DNA from: Octopus sinensis
Taxonomy: Eukaryota
Length of the DNA: 64,000 bases
Reading direction: 5' to 3'
NCBI RefSeq assembly: GCF_006345805.1
Contig: NC_043017.1
Location: 26,040,001 to 26,104,000 of the forward strand
Of this stretch, positions 13,067 to 27,863 are shown in pieces. The translations under genes were made by a program, and so were the position numbers. The stretch's first letter is position 1. The number at the start of each line of letters is the position of its first letter. Under the pieces are notes generated by a model. The model did no database searches and was not told the DNA's origin. It was given only the letters and a program-made list of their open reading frames with translations.

Positions 13067-13642
13067 TTTCTTTATTGCCCACAAGTGGCTAAACATAGAG
13101 GGGACAAACAAGGACAGACAAAAGGATTACGTCGATCACACCAGTGCGTAAATAATATTTAATTTATCTACCCGCCAAAGGATGAAAGGCAAAGTCGACT
13201 CGGCGGAAATTGAACTCAGAACGTAACGGCAGTCGAAATACATATTTCTTTACTACCTACAAGGGGCTAAACACAGAGGGGACAAACGGATTAAGTCGAT
13301 TATATCGGCTTCAGTGAGTAACTGGTACTTATTTAATCGACCCCGAAATGATGAAAGGCAAAGTCGACCTCAGCGGAATTTGAACTCAGAACGTAACGGC
13401 AGACGAAATACCTATTTCTTTACTACCCACAAGGGGCTAAACACAGAGAGTTCAATCAAGGAGAGAGAAATGGATTAAGTCGATTATATCGACCCCAGTG
13501 TGTAACTGGTACTTGTTTAATCGACCCCGAAAGGATGAAAGGCAAAGTTGAGCTCGGCGGAATTTGAACTCAGAACGTAACGGCAGACGAATTACCGATA
13601 AGGATTTCGCCCGGCGTGCTAACGTTTCTGGCAGGTCGCCAC
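13067..13642 (-). mobile_element. SINE-B multimer (head plus three units of about 175 bp)
   Basis: Unit ttctttactacccacaaggggctaaacacag...cagacgaaatac repeats at about 13068, 13244 and 13413. Confidence 0.9.
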
Positions 13643-13979
13643 CATAACAAGTACCAGGGAATTTCTTGATATAATCAACGAATCTCCCTCCAGCCGAAAT
13701 TCCTGGACCATATGTTGATGAGTTGTCATAATCGTTAGTGCGTCGAACAAAATGCTCAATGGGATTTCTTCCAGTTCAATACGTTCCGATATCTAATTCT
13801 ACTCAGAATTACATTGCCTTTTACCTTATGGAGGTATGGGTGGGAGTGAAGAAATAAATAGTAGTCAAGTTCTGGGATCGATGTAATCGACTATTCCCTT
13901 CCAGTAATTTTACGGGCCTTGCGTCAAAATCTGAAACCATTATTCATATTACGATCAAGGCGATCATCATCGTACATGT

Positions 13980-14353
13980 GGAGGCGCAATGGCCCAGTGG
14001 TTAGGGCAGCGAACTCGCGGTCATAGGATCGCGGTTTCGATTCCCAGACCGGGCGTTGTGAGTGTTTATTGAGCGAAAACACCTAAAGCTCCACGAGGCT
14101 CCGGCAGGGGATGGTGGTGATCCCTGCTGTACTCTTTCACCACAACTTTCTCTCACTCTTACTTCCTGTTTCTGTTGTACCTGTATTTCAAAGGGCCTGC
14201 CTTGTCACGCTGAATATCCCCGAGAACTACGTTAAGGGTACACGTGTCTGTGGAGTGCTCAGCCACTTACATGTTAATTTCACGAGCAGGCTGTTCCGTT
14301 GATTCGGATCAACCGGAACCTTCGTTGTCCTAACCGACGGAGTGCTTCCATCC
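13980..14353 (+). mobile_element. SINE-C, full length, 12-bp TSD
   Basis: TSD catcgtacatgt at 13968-13979 and 14354-14365. Confidence 0.93.
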
Positions 14354-15094
14354 CATCGTACATGTTGGCATCAGCACCCTCATTATTATCATCACCATCG
14401 TCATCAAATTTATATCAACATTACTTGAAATGGTTAACGACGAATCGAACGAAATGTAGAATAGTGTAGAATAAACTTACCAGGATGTAGGAACTGCAAA
14501 GTAACATCTAGGCAGCATTTCATACCAGTGCAGAACATTATTTGTATATAAATGGAGAGTAAATAGTCTATTCCACGCATTGTCACGTATTGAAATCTAA
14601 ACGTGGTTCGTATAGTACTGTTGTTTTGTATTTATATAAGTGAAGTAAATCTTATTATTTCAACTTGGAAGATCAATGGCGAAAAATTTACAAGAACAGA
14701 GGAAAGAGAATTCGATCAAAATCGAAATCAAAGCAAATCAAATAAAGAATTGTAGAACCTGGAAAAGAAGAATTCTACACATGTTACTTTGAGGCTATTA
14801 TTTAATGTTGCAGATGAGGAATAGGTGTACGGTTAATGTATTGTACTGAAGTTCTTCGTAGTTTCTCGCATAGAATATTCTGTCTGTGTGGCGCTAGGTT
14901 TTGCTTGTCTGACGTATATTATATTATATTTCATTTATACAGACGCAGGTGTGTCACTGAGTTACGTATAAAATGGTTCTTGGCTGTTATGTTTGCAATT
15001 ATGAACCTTGGTTTCGATCCTGCTGTTAGGCACACTTGGTAGGTGTCTTTAACAAAACCACCACCCAAGCATTTGAATAAGAACTTGATATTTT

Positions 15095-15425
15095 ATTTAC
15101 ATAGTTTCAGTCATTGTAACGTGGCCAGTCTGGAGCACAGCCTCGATCCTGGCACTTAATTTTGTCTTATTTTTAGAGTCTAGTAACTTATTCTATCAGT
15201 CTCTTTTGCATAGCAGCTATGGAACATGGACGTAAACAAACTAACACTAGTGAAACGGTGGAGATGACAATCACAGACAAACAGATACACACACACAAAA
15301 ACAGACATATACATACTACGGGTTTCTACAGTATTTCCATTTACCAAAATTAACTCATACAGAATTGGTCGGTTCCACGCTTATAGTAGAAGATACTCGA
15401 CTAAGTTGCTCTGCAGTGGGATTAA
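15095..15425 (-). mobile_element. Old degenerate SINE-A
   Basis: Residual tagtttcagtcatt, ctattctatcagtctcttttgc, ttatagtagaagatactcg motifs. Confidence 0.6.
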
Positions 15426-15631
15426 ATACGGTGTCAAAATGAGCTTCTTACTCGCAGAATCAAGATTTTTTGACGTCCATCTTAAGGATTATGTGATTTA
15501 GTTAGCAAGGCTTGTCGAATATCGAATAAGATTTGGTTAATAACTTACGAAAAAACTTTTTAAATGTCTGCGGAATGCGCAGCCATTTATGAGCTGAAAG
15601 AGCATCGTTGAAGCTTGGAGACTGGCATCAT

Positions 15632-16025
15632 GTTTTATCTTTTTATCAGGAGACAGCGGCCAAGCTGCAGCACTGCGTTGAAGACTTTTTAGTCGAATAA
15701 ATTGATTCCAGTATTCATTTATTTTTGGACGCGTGGGACTTATTCTATCGGTTTCTTTGCCGAACCAATAATTTACGGGGATGTTAATACACCAGCACCG
15801 GTTCTGGAAGACAAACAGAGGCACAAACAAACAAACAACACACACACACACACACACACACATAGTCATACATACGTACGATAAACTCTTCAGTTTCCAC
15901 CTGCCAAATTCATTCCCAAGGCATTGGTCGGCCCAAGGCTATAGTAGAACACACTTACCCAAGGTGCCACGCAGTGGCACTGAACCCGGAAATATGGGGT
16001 TGGGAAGCAAGCTCCTTACCACAGT
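15632..16025 (-). mobile_element. SINE-A
   Basis: Colinear with 51591-51994 in reverse complement. Confidence 0.8.
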
Positions 16026-18312
16026 CAGTTTTGCCTCCGTTATCTTCCATGATCGTGTCTGGATGTAATTAATATTTTTCAAGAATGCCAGATCGCGTGA
16101 CCAGTCAAATCGTGGTTGTTCATAATTATTTAATATATAAAACGGACCTCAATTTACCTATACCTAATTGTATATGGATACATATATTAACTAGTAGTGT
16201 AACCGTACGAATATTTTTTTTTTATTTTCTTTTGAAGTTTCTATTTAAAACAAGTTCATATTAACAATGTATCTTCGGATCTCCGATGAGAGGTTTCATA
16301 TAATTTGTTTTCCTCTCATCTACATCCTTGTGCTTCGCAACTTCTCTCATTTGCCATGACTCTTTCAGAAATTCTGTGGAAAGCTAGTCGAAGTTAAGAA
16401 AAATATATAACCTGCTAAATCATAGTCATCACTAACAAAATAAACACTTCTTTTCATTCACATACATTGGCTGTCTGTTTAAATTTATCATTGATATTAA
16501 ATTTGACTCCCAACCTATCGAGACAACTTAACCTAATATATAGTAATATGGTCGAACTAAATCTATCAACCCTTTGTTTATTCTGCCACTTTTACGGCTC
16601 TTCTGTGACAATTCGATATTGCGTAGTGCTAATATTACAACAGACTTGCAAAAATATATGCCTTAAAGTTTAATTAGTTTTGGCTTTCAGGCTTTTATCT
16701 TCATTGCTGACCGAGTTCAACTTTAACATTTCTCCCCCTGGTGAGTTGTAAACGTGGTTAAGCTAATGCATAGTATAAATTTTCATGTAAGAAGCGGACA
16801 CGTCTGTATTGACTTAAAGAGTCATACTTGCACAAGATGAAGCTTTTATATCATAAATAAATTAAAAAATGCTCAGGGCTTTTAGTTCACTCAGATTTTC
16901 CTTTATATTAAATGAATACTAATGAAGCAGAGACAAATCTAATTTTTCTGCGTTGAATTAACCTTTCCACAGCGACTTCTTCAAGATTGTCGCAGTGATG
17001 GATCGACATTTTAATTTCACATTGCGAACACATAAAAATAGATTTCCATTCCCCACTATCTTTTTCCTCCATTTCAATACACACAAATCCCTTGCGTCCA
17101 CCTAAACACAGTTATGAACACTCACACACAGCTACACACACTGATAAATGATTCGCACATAATTTGCCGGAGCCCAAAACACTTAACGCTGCGTTTTTAA
17201 TATTAATAAGAAGTGACATTTTATGAAAATCTTTACGGCTAAGATTTAAATATTTTATAAAACATGAATGATAAGATTAGGAAATTTGCTTTAAGACGGA
17301 ATAATTGTCCGCTGGAATTTTCCAGAATTCCTACAAGTGAAATATTTTTACTTCTCTTAGACACGCTAGAAACATAATTTCCATTTTCTAATCAATATTT
17401 GATAACATTTTTTAGTGTTTTTTCGAGCTGTCAAGAGAGAAGGTTATACAAATATTTTAGAAGTAAAAGTCTATTGGATAGTCGGTGACTAGAAGTGATG
17501 AGAAAGTCATTTTTTTCAAGTAGGCTTTCGATTTCAATATCGCATATGTTTTAAATAATGTGTCACGCACTGCATCTGCTTTGCAGAATACACTTCTTAA
17601 CAAAAACTAAAATATATTTTCAACAATATCTATAAAAAAAAAAAAAATTGGTTTTTCCAATCAATAATCTTCGTTGCTATCTTTTAGGGATGTACAAATA
17701 TTTTTCTCAATTTCACAAAAAAATGTTAATGGATAATTGTGTTGTGGTTCAAACTCAAAAGAAAAATTAACATTATCATCTTCAAAGTACAAAATCTTTT
17801 TCTTGATGGTTATGGATATTCGTGCTGTTGTAGCTGTGTCAATCTTGCTTAACTAAGCGTTTAAAGTGGTTAACATCTTTCTTTGTTACCTCATCCACTG
17901 AAGATGAAAGAATACATTTGTGCATTCCGCATGTAATGTAGACAAAAATTTGTTTTCTATTTCAAAAGTGCACAACATTTAACTTGCGATAGCTTAGATT
18001 CCATTATTAATAATACTCAAAGGCGACAGAATGGTTAGAACAGGCGCAATGTTTAATGCACCGGACACATATACTTAGCGGCTTTTTGTTCGCCTTTACA
18101 TTCAGAGTTTGAACTCCTCGGAGATCGACTTTGCCGTTCACATTTCGGGATCAATGAACTCGATCTAGTCAACACGTAATGCCTTCTTCCTATGGTATCA
18201 AGAATTATTAATCTTACCGTGTATAGCAACTCTATGAGGAGGGAAATTTTTTCCAAGCGCTTAAGCATTTATACTTGCTCAAGCTTTAAATTATAAATTA
18301 TTTTAGACTTAT

Positions 18313-18706
18313 AGGCGCAGGCGTGGTTGTGTGGTAAGAAGTTTGTATCCCAATCACATGGTTATAGGTTCAGTCCTGTTGCGTGGCATCCTGGGCAAGT
18401 GGCTGCCATTATAGCCTCGGGCCGACCAAAGCCTTGTGAGTGGATTTGGTAGACGGAAACTGAAAGAAACCCGTTGTATCTAACTATATGTATAAATTTG
18501 TGTGTTTGTGTTTGTACCCCCCACCATAGGATGTCACCCGATGTTGGTGTGTTTACGTTCCCGTAACTTAGTGGTTCGGCAAGTGGGACCGACGAAATAA
18601 GTACTAGGCTTACAAAGAATAAGTCCTGGGGTCGATGTGTTCGATTTGTTCAACTAAAGGTGGTGGACAGCACGATCGCAGTCAAATGATTGAAACAAGT
18701 AAAAGA
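18313..18706 (+). mobile_element. SINE-A, full length
   Basis: Head aggcgcagg.gtgg.tgtgtggtaag, B box GGTTCAGTCC, CORE-like cctgggcaagt, tail gaaacaagtaaaag. Confidence 0.88.
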
Positions 18707-19259
18707 AAAAAAACACTGTGAGATATTTACAAATCGCAGAGAAAATACATTCCCGCATTCCTAATGTCATATGCAGAAAAACTTCGCCAGAATTCAGCCA
18801 TGTTTCGCTCCCCTAGTTCTAATCAATTTGGATAGATATATCCACCCTTGGTCTACTTAGTGCAATAGAAACCGGTACCATGCAAGACAAAAGAAAAAAT
18901 TAATACTATACCACCGCATACACATTGAAGCACAACAATAAGAATAAACTATGCCGGCTTTTGTTCAGATATCATGTCAGGCGTTTCAATTCATAAAGAT
19001 AAACCACAATTGTATTTATCTGATAAATTGGACAAGCATAAAATTAAGAGATTTTGTCTGTGTAAGAGTACGCATGCCATGGGAGCTGATGAATAAGCAT
19101 TGGATTAGGTTTTATTGTTGAAGTAGGGCATTATAAGATTGCCGTTCTATATAATATTTATGATAGTCGAATTGTTTTGTCGACACATTGACATTTTCTC
19201 AGAGTATAGCTGTAAAGATGACAGAATATAGCAAAGGTTGCTGCAATTTATCACAGTCG

Positions 19260-19564
19260 ATATCCATCAATCCATCCATGCATCCATCCATACATTCGTC
19301 CATCCACTGTACATACACACACATATATACACTCATTCGTACATCCGCACAAACATATATTAATTCATATGCACGTACATACATATATGCATACTTCTAT
19401 AAACACGTACATTCACACACATATACACATAAACACTCAATCATACATCCGTACAAACATACTTTAATACATATGTACGTACATACATATATGCATACTT
19501 ATATACATACTTGTATAAACACGTACATACAAATGCATGCACATCTATACCCGTGTATAAATAA

Positions 19565-19615
<51 letters not shown>

Positions 19616-20042
19616 CATATATATATATATTACTTATGAATATATGTATATATATATATAATATATTATTTATACGCAGATACATATATACATATCTACA
19701 TATATATGGTTATACATACATGCATGCATACATACGTACATACATACATACTACATACATACATACATACATACATACATACATACATACATACATACAT
19801 ACATACATACATACATGTACGCTATTTGAGAGAAAATGAAACTTGCTGGGCTAGCTGGGATATCAGGAGAATTAATGAACGAAGAGACAAAATGAGTGAG
19901 CGAGTGTGGGAGAGAGTGTAAGAGAGGGAGTGACACACAGGGGGGAGAATGACAAACTGAGTGAGCGTGCGAGTGTGTAAGAGAGAGAGAGAGAGAGAAA
20001 GAGAGAGCGAGGGAGAGAGGGAGAGAGAGAAAGGGAGAGTGA
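19260..20042. repeat. (CATC), (CA), (TG), (TACA)n and (GA)n microsatellite cluster
   Basis: Direct reading. Confidence 0.9.
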
Positions 20043-20727
20043 GCGATGGTGTCTGAGAGAACAATACATTTATAACACTAACGATACGTCCAATGGTGCA
20101 ATATCGGACTTAACAGATCGCCATTACATCTCAGACATTAGATATTAATTTATTAAACATATAAGAAATCTGTATCATTCTAAAGACGCCATTATATCAT
20201 ATTTATGGAACCGACTGATTATATAAGCGTATCAGTGACACCTTAGGCTTTAAGATAATATGCTTGTAGAACGCGATATATAGTCTTAGACGTCTCGTAA
20301 TTTTGGTAGCGATACGACTTTAAAATGGCGTCGATACATCATTTTTCTTATTACAGAAAAGATTCGTTCTCTAATAACTTTCTCAGCGCTGTTGTAACAT
20401 TAAGAACATTAAGAGACAAACTCGTATAATAAAGTTTTATTTATTATCTCCCCTGCATGAAATGCATACGCAAAGTTGTGTTGCTAATTTGATGTTAACG
20501 TGACTGATTCGTTCCAAATCTTCGGAAAGCAAAGCAAACCTCGTGTTTTACGGGTTCCATGACACAGAGGAAGCTCCGTGATGAAGACTTGTTTATAAAA
20601 AAATTGGTTGAATTGTAAGTGGAATTTGACAATTCATTACAGTGTAAGTCTTTGTCTATTTGTTCCATTGTTATGCCTATCGATTATTCTCTTTCTCTCT
20701 CACACACACACACTCTCTCTCTCTCTC

Positions 20728-20778
<51 letters not shown>

Positions 20779-20830
20779 AGATGGTGTAATTTAATTGTTC
20801 ATTTTGAATTGATAAAAGGTGTTTTTTCGA

Positions 20831-20878
<48 letters not shown>

Positions 20879-20879
20879 T

Positions 20880-21127
20880 TGCGGTCTTTTAAAGACTAGC
20901 TAGGCTCGTGTGCCCCGTTTCCCGTTTTAAATGACGTATGTGTTCCCCAGCTGGACTGGACGCCACTCCATCGCAGCGTTACACATTTTTGCCAGCTGGG
21001 TGGACTGGAGCAATGTGAAATGAAGTGTTTTGCTCAAGAACACAACGCGTCGCCCGGTCCAGGAATCGAAACCACAATCTAACGATCATGATGCTGACGC
21101 CATAACCACTAAGCCACGCGCCTCCAC
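20880..21127 (-). mobile_element. SINE-D, tRNA head plus CORE-like domain
   Basis: Reverse complement gtggaggcgcgtggcttagtggtt...gtttcgattcc...cttgagcaaaacacttcatttcacattgctccagtccacccagctg; tail related to 29160-29240. Confidence 0.8.
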
Positions 21128-22234
21128 ACAGACCCACACACACACACATATATATGTGTGTGTGTTTGTATATATATATATATATATATATATAAATCCT
21201 AAGTTGCTGGAATATGTATATATCGCTCCGGGGCTATTGATTTCACTTGTGTTCTCGCTGTTCTCTTTTTATTTCTAATGTCGTGATTTCGATTCCAGTC
21301 AACACGCCATCTTCTTCAGAAAGAAGCGTTAGTTCACGGATCTTTTTCTGTTTGGCTGTCAAATTTCAGTTTCTTCAGGTTTCGTTCCAGTTGATTTCAT
21401 ATTTGGCGTATTGGTGTAATTTTGTTCTATTTCTAAAGGCAATTACATAATTACTTATTTTCGCCATAAACCAATAAATAAAGAGATAACAGCGTTTGAA
21501 GTTTGCCAATTTTGGGTGACTTTTCCCAGTTGAAAACCACAGACTTATGGGTACCTGTTTCCCTATTAATAACCACGTTGTTACCACGTGTTTATTTTTG
21601 CCCATTATTAAATGCTTAAAACACATGCGGAATGACATGTGCTACGAGTAACAAACAGCTAAAGAGGCCTTAAATCACGCACGATTTTTTTTTGATTTTG
21701 CATTAGCCTATGAATCCCGTGTGTAGAATACAAATTCCCAAAAATTTTCTGAATATTCCAAATTTTAAACAAAGTTATGAGGATTTATATGGCGTAGGTT
21801 AAGCTGAATTCTGCCAATATTTCATTTGACTACAATTCATAACACTTGCCGTGATGCACAAACTCAGAATTTCAAATTCATGTTTGAGACTGGATAAAAG
21901 CGATCAAACCTCAAACTTCTATTACATAAAAAAAAAATCGTGAAAAATTGAATTATCTCCTGAGATTCAGCCTTCAAACTTACATCAATACAGCAAATTT
22001 TTTAAATTCTCACTAAACGTTAATATTTCCATCGTTAATATTTACAGCCAAAATGATAAATATCCCGATTGGCTAGAGCCCACTTATGACAAAAATGAGT
22101 TAAGACAAGAAGCAGGAGAGAGGGAAGCCTACTGTAACATACATTGTAGGGAGAGACCAATGGGAAGTGAGAAAGATAGTATACCTGTTATTCAAAGGGC
22201 CAACATTTTCACATCCTTTCTCACACTGAATCAT

Positions 22235-22320
22235 TCTACGAATGCATATGAATTTCACGAACAGGCTGTTCCGTTGATCGAACCAACGAGAAACCTCTTC
22301 ATCGTAACCGACGGAGATCC
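22235..22320 (+). mobile_element. SINE-C 3' tail fragment
   Basis: aatttcacgaacaggctgttccgttgatcg...cgtaaccgacggag. Confidence 0.75.
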
Positions 22321-22818
22321 GGTTTCTGTGCATAGCATCGCACATAAAGAATGGTGGAATATTCCTTAAATTTGTGATGTGTGTGTGTGTTTGAGTGTGT
22401 GTGTGTGTGTTTTAATGCGAAGTGGATTGTAAATAAATTCAAGTTAAGGTATGCTTGAGTTTAATGACATTGGTGCGGTGTAAGTTGGGGGAAAGGAAAA
22501 AAGGCGTTGAATCTGGCTATTGGCAGAGGTGGTAGTAACATTGTTAGTGGGGAGGACAAACAAGGAGCGGTTGAGGCTGGTTAGTGAGAGTAGTCGTTGC
22601 AGTAGCTGTAGTCACGGCCGGCACCAAGATGGGCGTGGCCCAATTAGATAATTATCGGTTGGACCCTATACTGTACTAAATATGAGAATTGATGTGCTCT
22701 TCTTCGTGTAATACGCCAGTCCTATCAGAAAATAGTTGAGAGCTTGGGTCTGCACAATTTGGGCACGATGATGTACTAAAAATTCACTACAGTATCGTCC
22801 GCTCGAGTAATGATATAA

Positions 22819-23431
<613 letters not shown>

Positions 23432-23937
23432 CCAGAGGCAGATGGTAGCAGTAAAGATAATGTCGATGACGAGGGTAGAGAGTATATTGTGTGGAGTTCC
23501 TTGTTGCTATGGTCGTCGTTATGGATGCTGGTGGTGTTTTGTTAGTTGGAATTGTTGTTGTTATTTCCTAGTGCAATGGTTGATATAGTTATTGTTTTGT
23601 TACTGTTGCTCATCATGAGCTGCGATAGGTGAAACATTTTTAGTGAGTTTATCCATGTGGTTAATATGAAGTAGATTACAGTTCATTTTGAATTACTTTC
23701 TCTTGGCGCTTATTCAACAAATGAACAACCCTTTTGGCAATCAGATTTAAACGTGAGGCTTAGATGTTTTCAGTTTGAGAAACAATAAACAACCCCTTAA
23801 TACACACACACATATCTATCAATTTATCTATCTATCTAGCTATCTATGTATCTACATATGTATATAAAGGTGTGAGTATGGAAAACTTTCAGAGAGATGT
23901 CAAACATCCAATACCACCGGTACAATACAAGTAAAGA

Positions 23938-23968
<31 letters not shown>

Positions 23969-23977
23969 ATATATATA

Positions 23978-24040
<63 letters not shown>

Positions 24041-24321
24041 ATATATATTCAGTAATAAATAAATAAAAGTATAACGAAAGGAAAATTATATATATGTGAG
24101 TTGACAATCTTCAATTCAAATCCAGGCTGGTACAAAACCAATGTATATTATACAAATTGTTTTGGAGAATCTACGTTTTATTTCAAGAAGAACTTTTCTT
24201 TTTTTTCTTTGGAATTAATTAGTCTCCGAAACAATTTGTAGAATATATTGGTTTTGTACCAACTTCGATTTGAATTAAAGATCATCGACACCTACATATT
24301 TTTTTTCATTTCATGATACCT

Positions 24322-24357
24322 TATATCTATCTATCCCTCAATCTATCTATCTATCTA

Positions 24358-24420
<63 letters not shown>

Positions 24421-24440
24421 ATACATACATACATACATAC

Positions 24441-24471
<31 letters not shown>

Positions 24472-24496
24472 CATACATACATACATACAACATACA

Positions 24497-24532
<36 letters not shown>

Positions 24533-24535
24533 TGT
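24322..24535. repeat. (TATC)n-(TACA)n microsatellite
   Basis: Direct reading. Confidence 0.95.
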
Positions 24536-24607
24536 GTGATCTCTTGAGTAACACCAGCTCAAATATTTTTCCTCTGTCTTCCCTTCTTGGGATCTTTCCT
24601 TCTCCTT

Positions 24608-24642
24608 GTTTCCGACGAAGAGCTCCGCTCGAAACGTTAAAC
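24608..24642 (+). ncRNA. Minimal type I hammerhead-like motif (U4C core variant) in an element of about 210 bp (24540-24748)
   Basis: Stem I GTTT/AAAC, core CCGACGA plus extra A, stem II GAGC-TCC-GCTC, GAAA, palindromic ACGT stem III, GUU triplet. Confidence 0.6.
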
Positions 24643-24745
24643 CCTCCTTCCCTTCTTTCCTGAGCGTCAATAATATTTTATTGGTCCACGTCCTGCGTTG
24701 GTGTGTTTTTTTCTCTTTTTTTTCTGTGTTTTCTTGTTTGGATTA

Positions 24746-24793
<48 letters not shown>

Positions 24794-25444
24794 ATAATAT
24801 ATATATATTATGTATAAAATATTTTTGCCCCTTCTTGTAAAACACGAAACATTTTCTATAAGGAAGTTTTTACCATAACATCAACATACTAAAATTTGCA
24901 GAAAGATTAATAACTTTGAACTGATATTATCAACGTCACACTATATTCGTCTAAGGAAAAATATTTGTACTTTTCGCTTCTTGTAATACTTAAATTCAAT
25001 AAATTGTAGTACATAAGTTTTTTGCTTTACCCGAACTGTTATTGACTTATCTTGTACGATGTACGGAACATAAGCCAAAGTCTGCAATGTTCATATATGA
25101 GAAGTTTATATGCAGCCATGATGGTATTGGTCACAAGAAAACGGCTCTATCGTCTACATGAAAGTTAACAACCATTTCTTATTTCTTATATATGTTTAAT
25201 ACAAGCTAAGAGAATAACTTTCAAAATTCATAGTACAATTTGGCTGCTTCTTTCATAGTACAAGTTTGGCTGGTATGTATATATATATATTGGTAAAACG
25301 GTAAGATAACAAAAGAAAGAAAGAGACCGCAATATTATGTAAATAGAGGAAATGGTGAAGAGATGGTGTTGTGGATTTCCACTTTGGCATCCGAAACTCA
25401 GAGTTTTATCTTGGCTATTGAATAATGGTAACATTAATTTACAG

Positions 25445-25501
<57 letters not shown>

Positions 25502-26089
25502 ATATATATTTCTATACAAACATATATATTTAGGTAGTTTATCAACTGTTTAAACAGTTGTACTTAACATAAACAACTAAATTATTTAATTTACATTCGC
25601 TATGTGTAAACAAGAAATTTCACATCTAATAGAATATATTTTGAGTTAGAAAGTAAAAATATTTAAAGAAAGTTTATTTATGATAGGAAATATACTTATA
25701 TTGGTATGGGCGGATATTCACTTAAAATGCCATCATGTTGTTTACGAAATAACTTACTGTTGACTTAGAGAAGTAATCCACGGAAAGAATTGGTTTTTAA
25801 AGAAAAAAAAATGTAGTTTGTTTTCATAAATATTTCAACAACGGAAAGTAGCATTGTATGTGTAAAAGCAGATTTTGGAAAATGTTTCTCCGATAGAAAA
25901 ATACCATATTAAGCGAAGATCATATAACATCTGATGAAAATATACATTACTGAAATGCTCGGAGAGAGGTTATGTCCATAATTCCTTTAGAAACCACCAG
26001 AATCTCGACTAATTATTTATCGTGATTCTTTATTTTGGGCATTTAAAAATATTTTACGTAGTCTTCATGGGTAACCAGTCGGAACTATT

Positions 26090-26308
26090 CTCTTCTTCTT
26101 CTTCTTCTTCTTCTTCACTTCTTTTTCTTTTTCTTCTTCTCTTATTCTCCTTCCTCTTCTTCTTCTACTTCTTCTTCTCCTCCTCCTCCTCCTCCTCCTC
26201 CTTCTTCTTCTTCTTCTTTTTCTACGTTTTCTTCTTCTTCTTCTTCATCTTTCTTCTTCTTCGTTTTCTCCCCCTTCTTTTTCTTTTACTCCCCTTCTCC
26301 ACCACCAA

Positions 26309-26360
<52 letters not shown>

Positions 26361-26395
26361 GCCGCCGCCGCTGCTGCTGTGGCTTTTGCTGTCGT
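26090..26395. repeat. (TTC)-(TCC)-(CTA)-(GCC/GCT) compound trinucleotide repeat
   Basis: Direct reading. Confidence 0.92.
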
Positions 26396-27039
26396 TGCTG
26401 TTATGAAAGATAAGTAGACGCTAGTTATGATTTTTTAAATAATACAAGTAATTTAACTGATAAGTTTGTCGAAATAATATTTCGTTGTATGTTGGTAAAA
26501 ATTTTCACTTGTTCATAATCTCTTGCAATTTACTAGGGGGCAATTTACCATATCAAATAAAAACGCGTCACTTCTACGTAATCCCTCATTCAATCATCGA
26601 AGACAGAATTAATTAAACGATTCTCATTAATTATTCACGCCTGCAAATCATCTGATTTATTACTGAAATTGCTGAACTCTTTTGTTGTTGTTGTTGCTGC
26701 TGTATCTTTTGCTGTTGGTTTGACTCTTAAAATTGTTATTGCTGTTGCTGCTGTCGCTGTTCTTCGACCTGTAAATAAGTCCTGATTCAAAAGATATTGG
26801 CTAAAACAGACATCCTATTAACCTCCATCGCACCCGTCTCTCAGTTTTTGCACATTTACATCTATATTACTTACTATGTCGTCCATTATATTTCAATATA
26901 GTTTTCTCAAGAATTTGGACATGATTCTGATAGCACCAAGTGATAGCACAAAGCTCGGGTTCGTGTTAAATCTCTCTAAAAGTAAATACGATAGTCATAT
27001 GAAATGTAAAGTATAATTGCTCATATTATATACCTGGAC

Positions 27040-27290
27040 CAATGGGAGACCTCCTTCGGTCATGAATGACCATGGGATTGCACCTAGAAATTTACTTTCC
27101 CAGGCATAAGTCCGGGCAGGGTTGTTTATTGAAGGACAGCAGTCGCCCATGCATACCAGCCTCTTCTCTACACACCACTGGTTTTATCCAAGGGAAAGTC
27201 AAAGAGCCGATACAGCTTGGCACCAGTGATGTCGCAAGTCATTTCTACAGTAGAGTGAACTGGAGCAACGTGAAGTAAAATGTCTTGCTT
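27040..27290 (-). mobile_element. SINE 3' part, related to 41055-41252
   Basis: Shares gccga..cagcttggcaccagtga..gtc...aactggagcaacgtgaa with 41061-41130. Confidence 0.65.
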
Positions 27291-27467
27291 GTTATCCTTG
27301 CCAATAGAGAAAGATCCATTTTCTAAAATAAGTCGAAGGCAACTTGATTGGAATTTCAAACATCAATAACGGATGTTTATGTATGCTTGCTAATAATTGG
27401 TATTTATGTATATATGTGTATGTACGTATATATTGCACAGACGACTTCAGCCACATATAGATTCATA

Positions 27468-27863
27468 TCTTTATATATAAAAGTAAGTTTGTGTGTCTGT
27501 CTCCTACGATTTAGATTCCTAACTACTCCCACATTTTGCGGTGCAGTTTAACCAAAACCGGGTATCTTATAGTCGTAATTCATATCGAGCCCTTCTGGGT
27601 ATTAGCGCGCGTCTACGATGAGCCTATGATTTTAAAAATAATTTACCATCATCTTTTTTCCATTTTAATGCATTTTTTCGCTATTACATAAGGGAAGTAA
27701 CTCTCTAAAAATGTCTACGATGAGTCAACGATTTAAAAAAAATTACCATCATTTTTTTCCATTTTTAATGCATTTTTTTGCTATTTTTTGGCTATAACTC
27801 TCTAAAAATGCTTTAGAGATATTTCCCTTACAAACCCGAGGAACGCCGGGCGAAAACCGCTAG
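27468..27863 (+). mobile_element. Non-autonomous Helitron (396 bp)
   Basis: 5' TC, 3' CTAG, subterminal hairpin CCCG-aggaacgc-CGGG, inserted between host A and T; homologous to 36474-36871. Confidence 0.88.

Noticed and set aside
13067-13642. Regularly spaced repeats with palindromes as a CRISPR array
   Set aside because: The whole 175-bp unit repeats with no unique spacers; eukaryotic context and no cas genes
21678-21942. Inverted repeat of about 14 bp (cacgattttttt/aaaaaaatcgtg) as MITE ends
   Set aside because: Mostly homopolymer; no TSD or second copy
22610-22660. YY1-, GC-box- and CCAAT-like cluster (caagatgggcgtggcccaat) as a promoter
   Set aside because: Short motifs expected by chance; no transcription evidence
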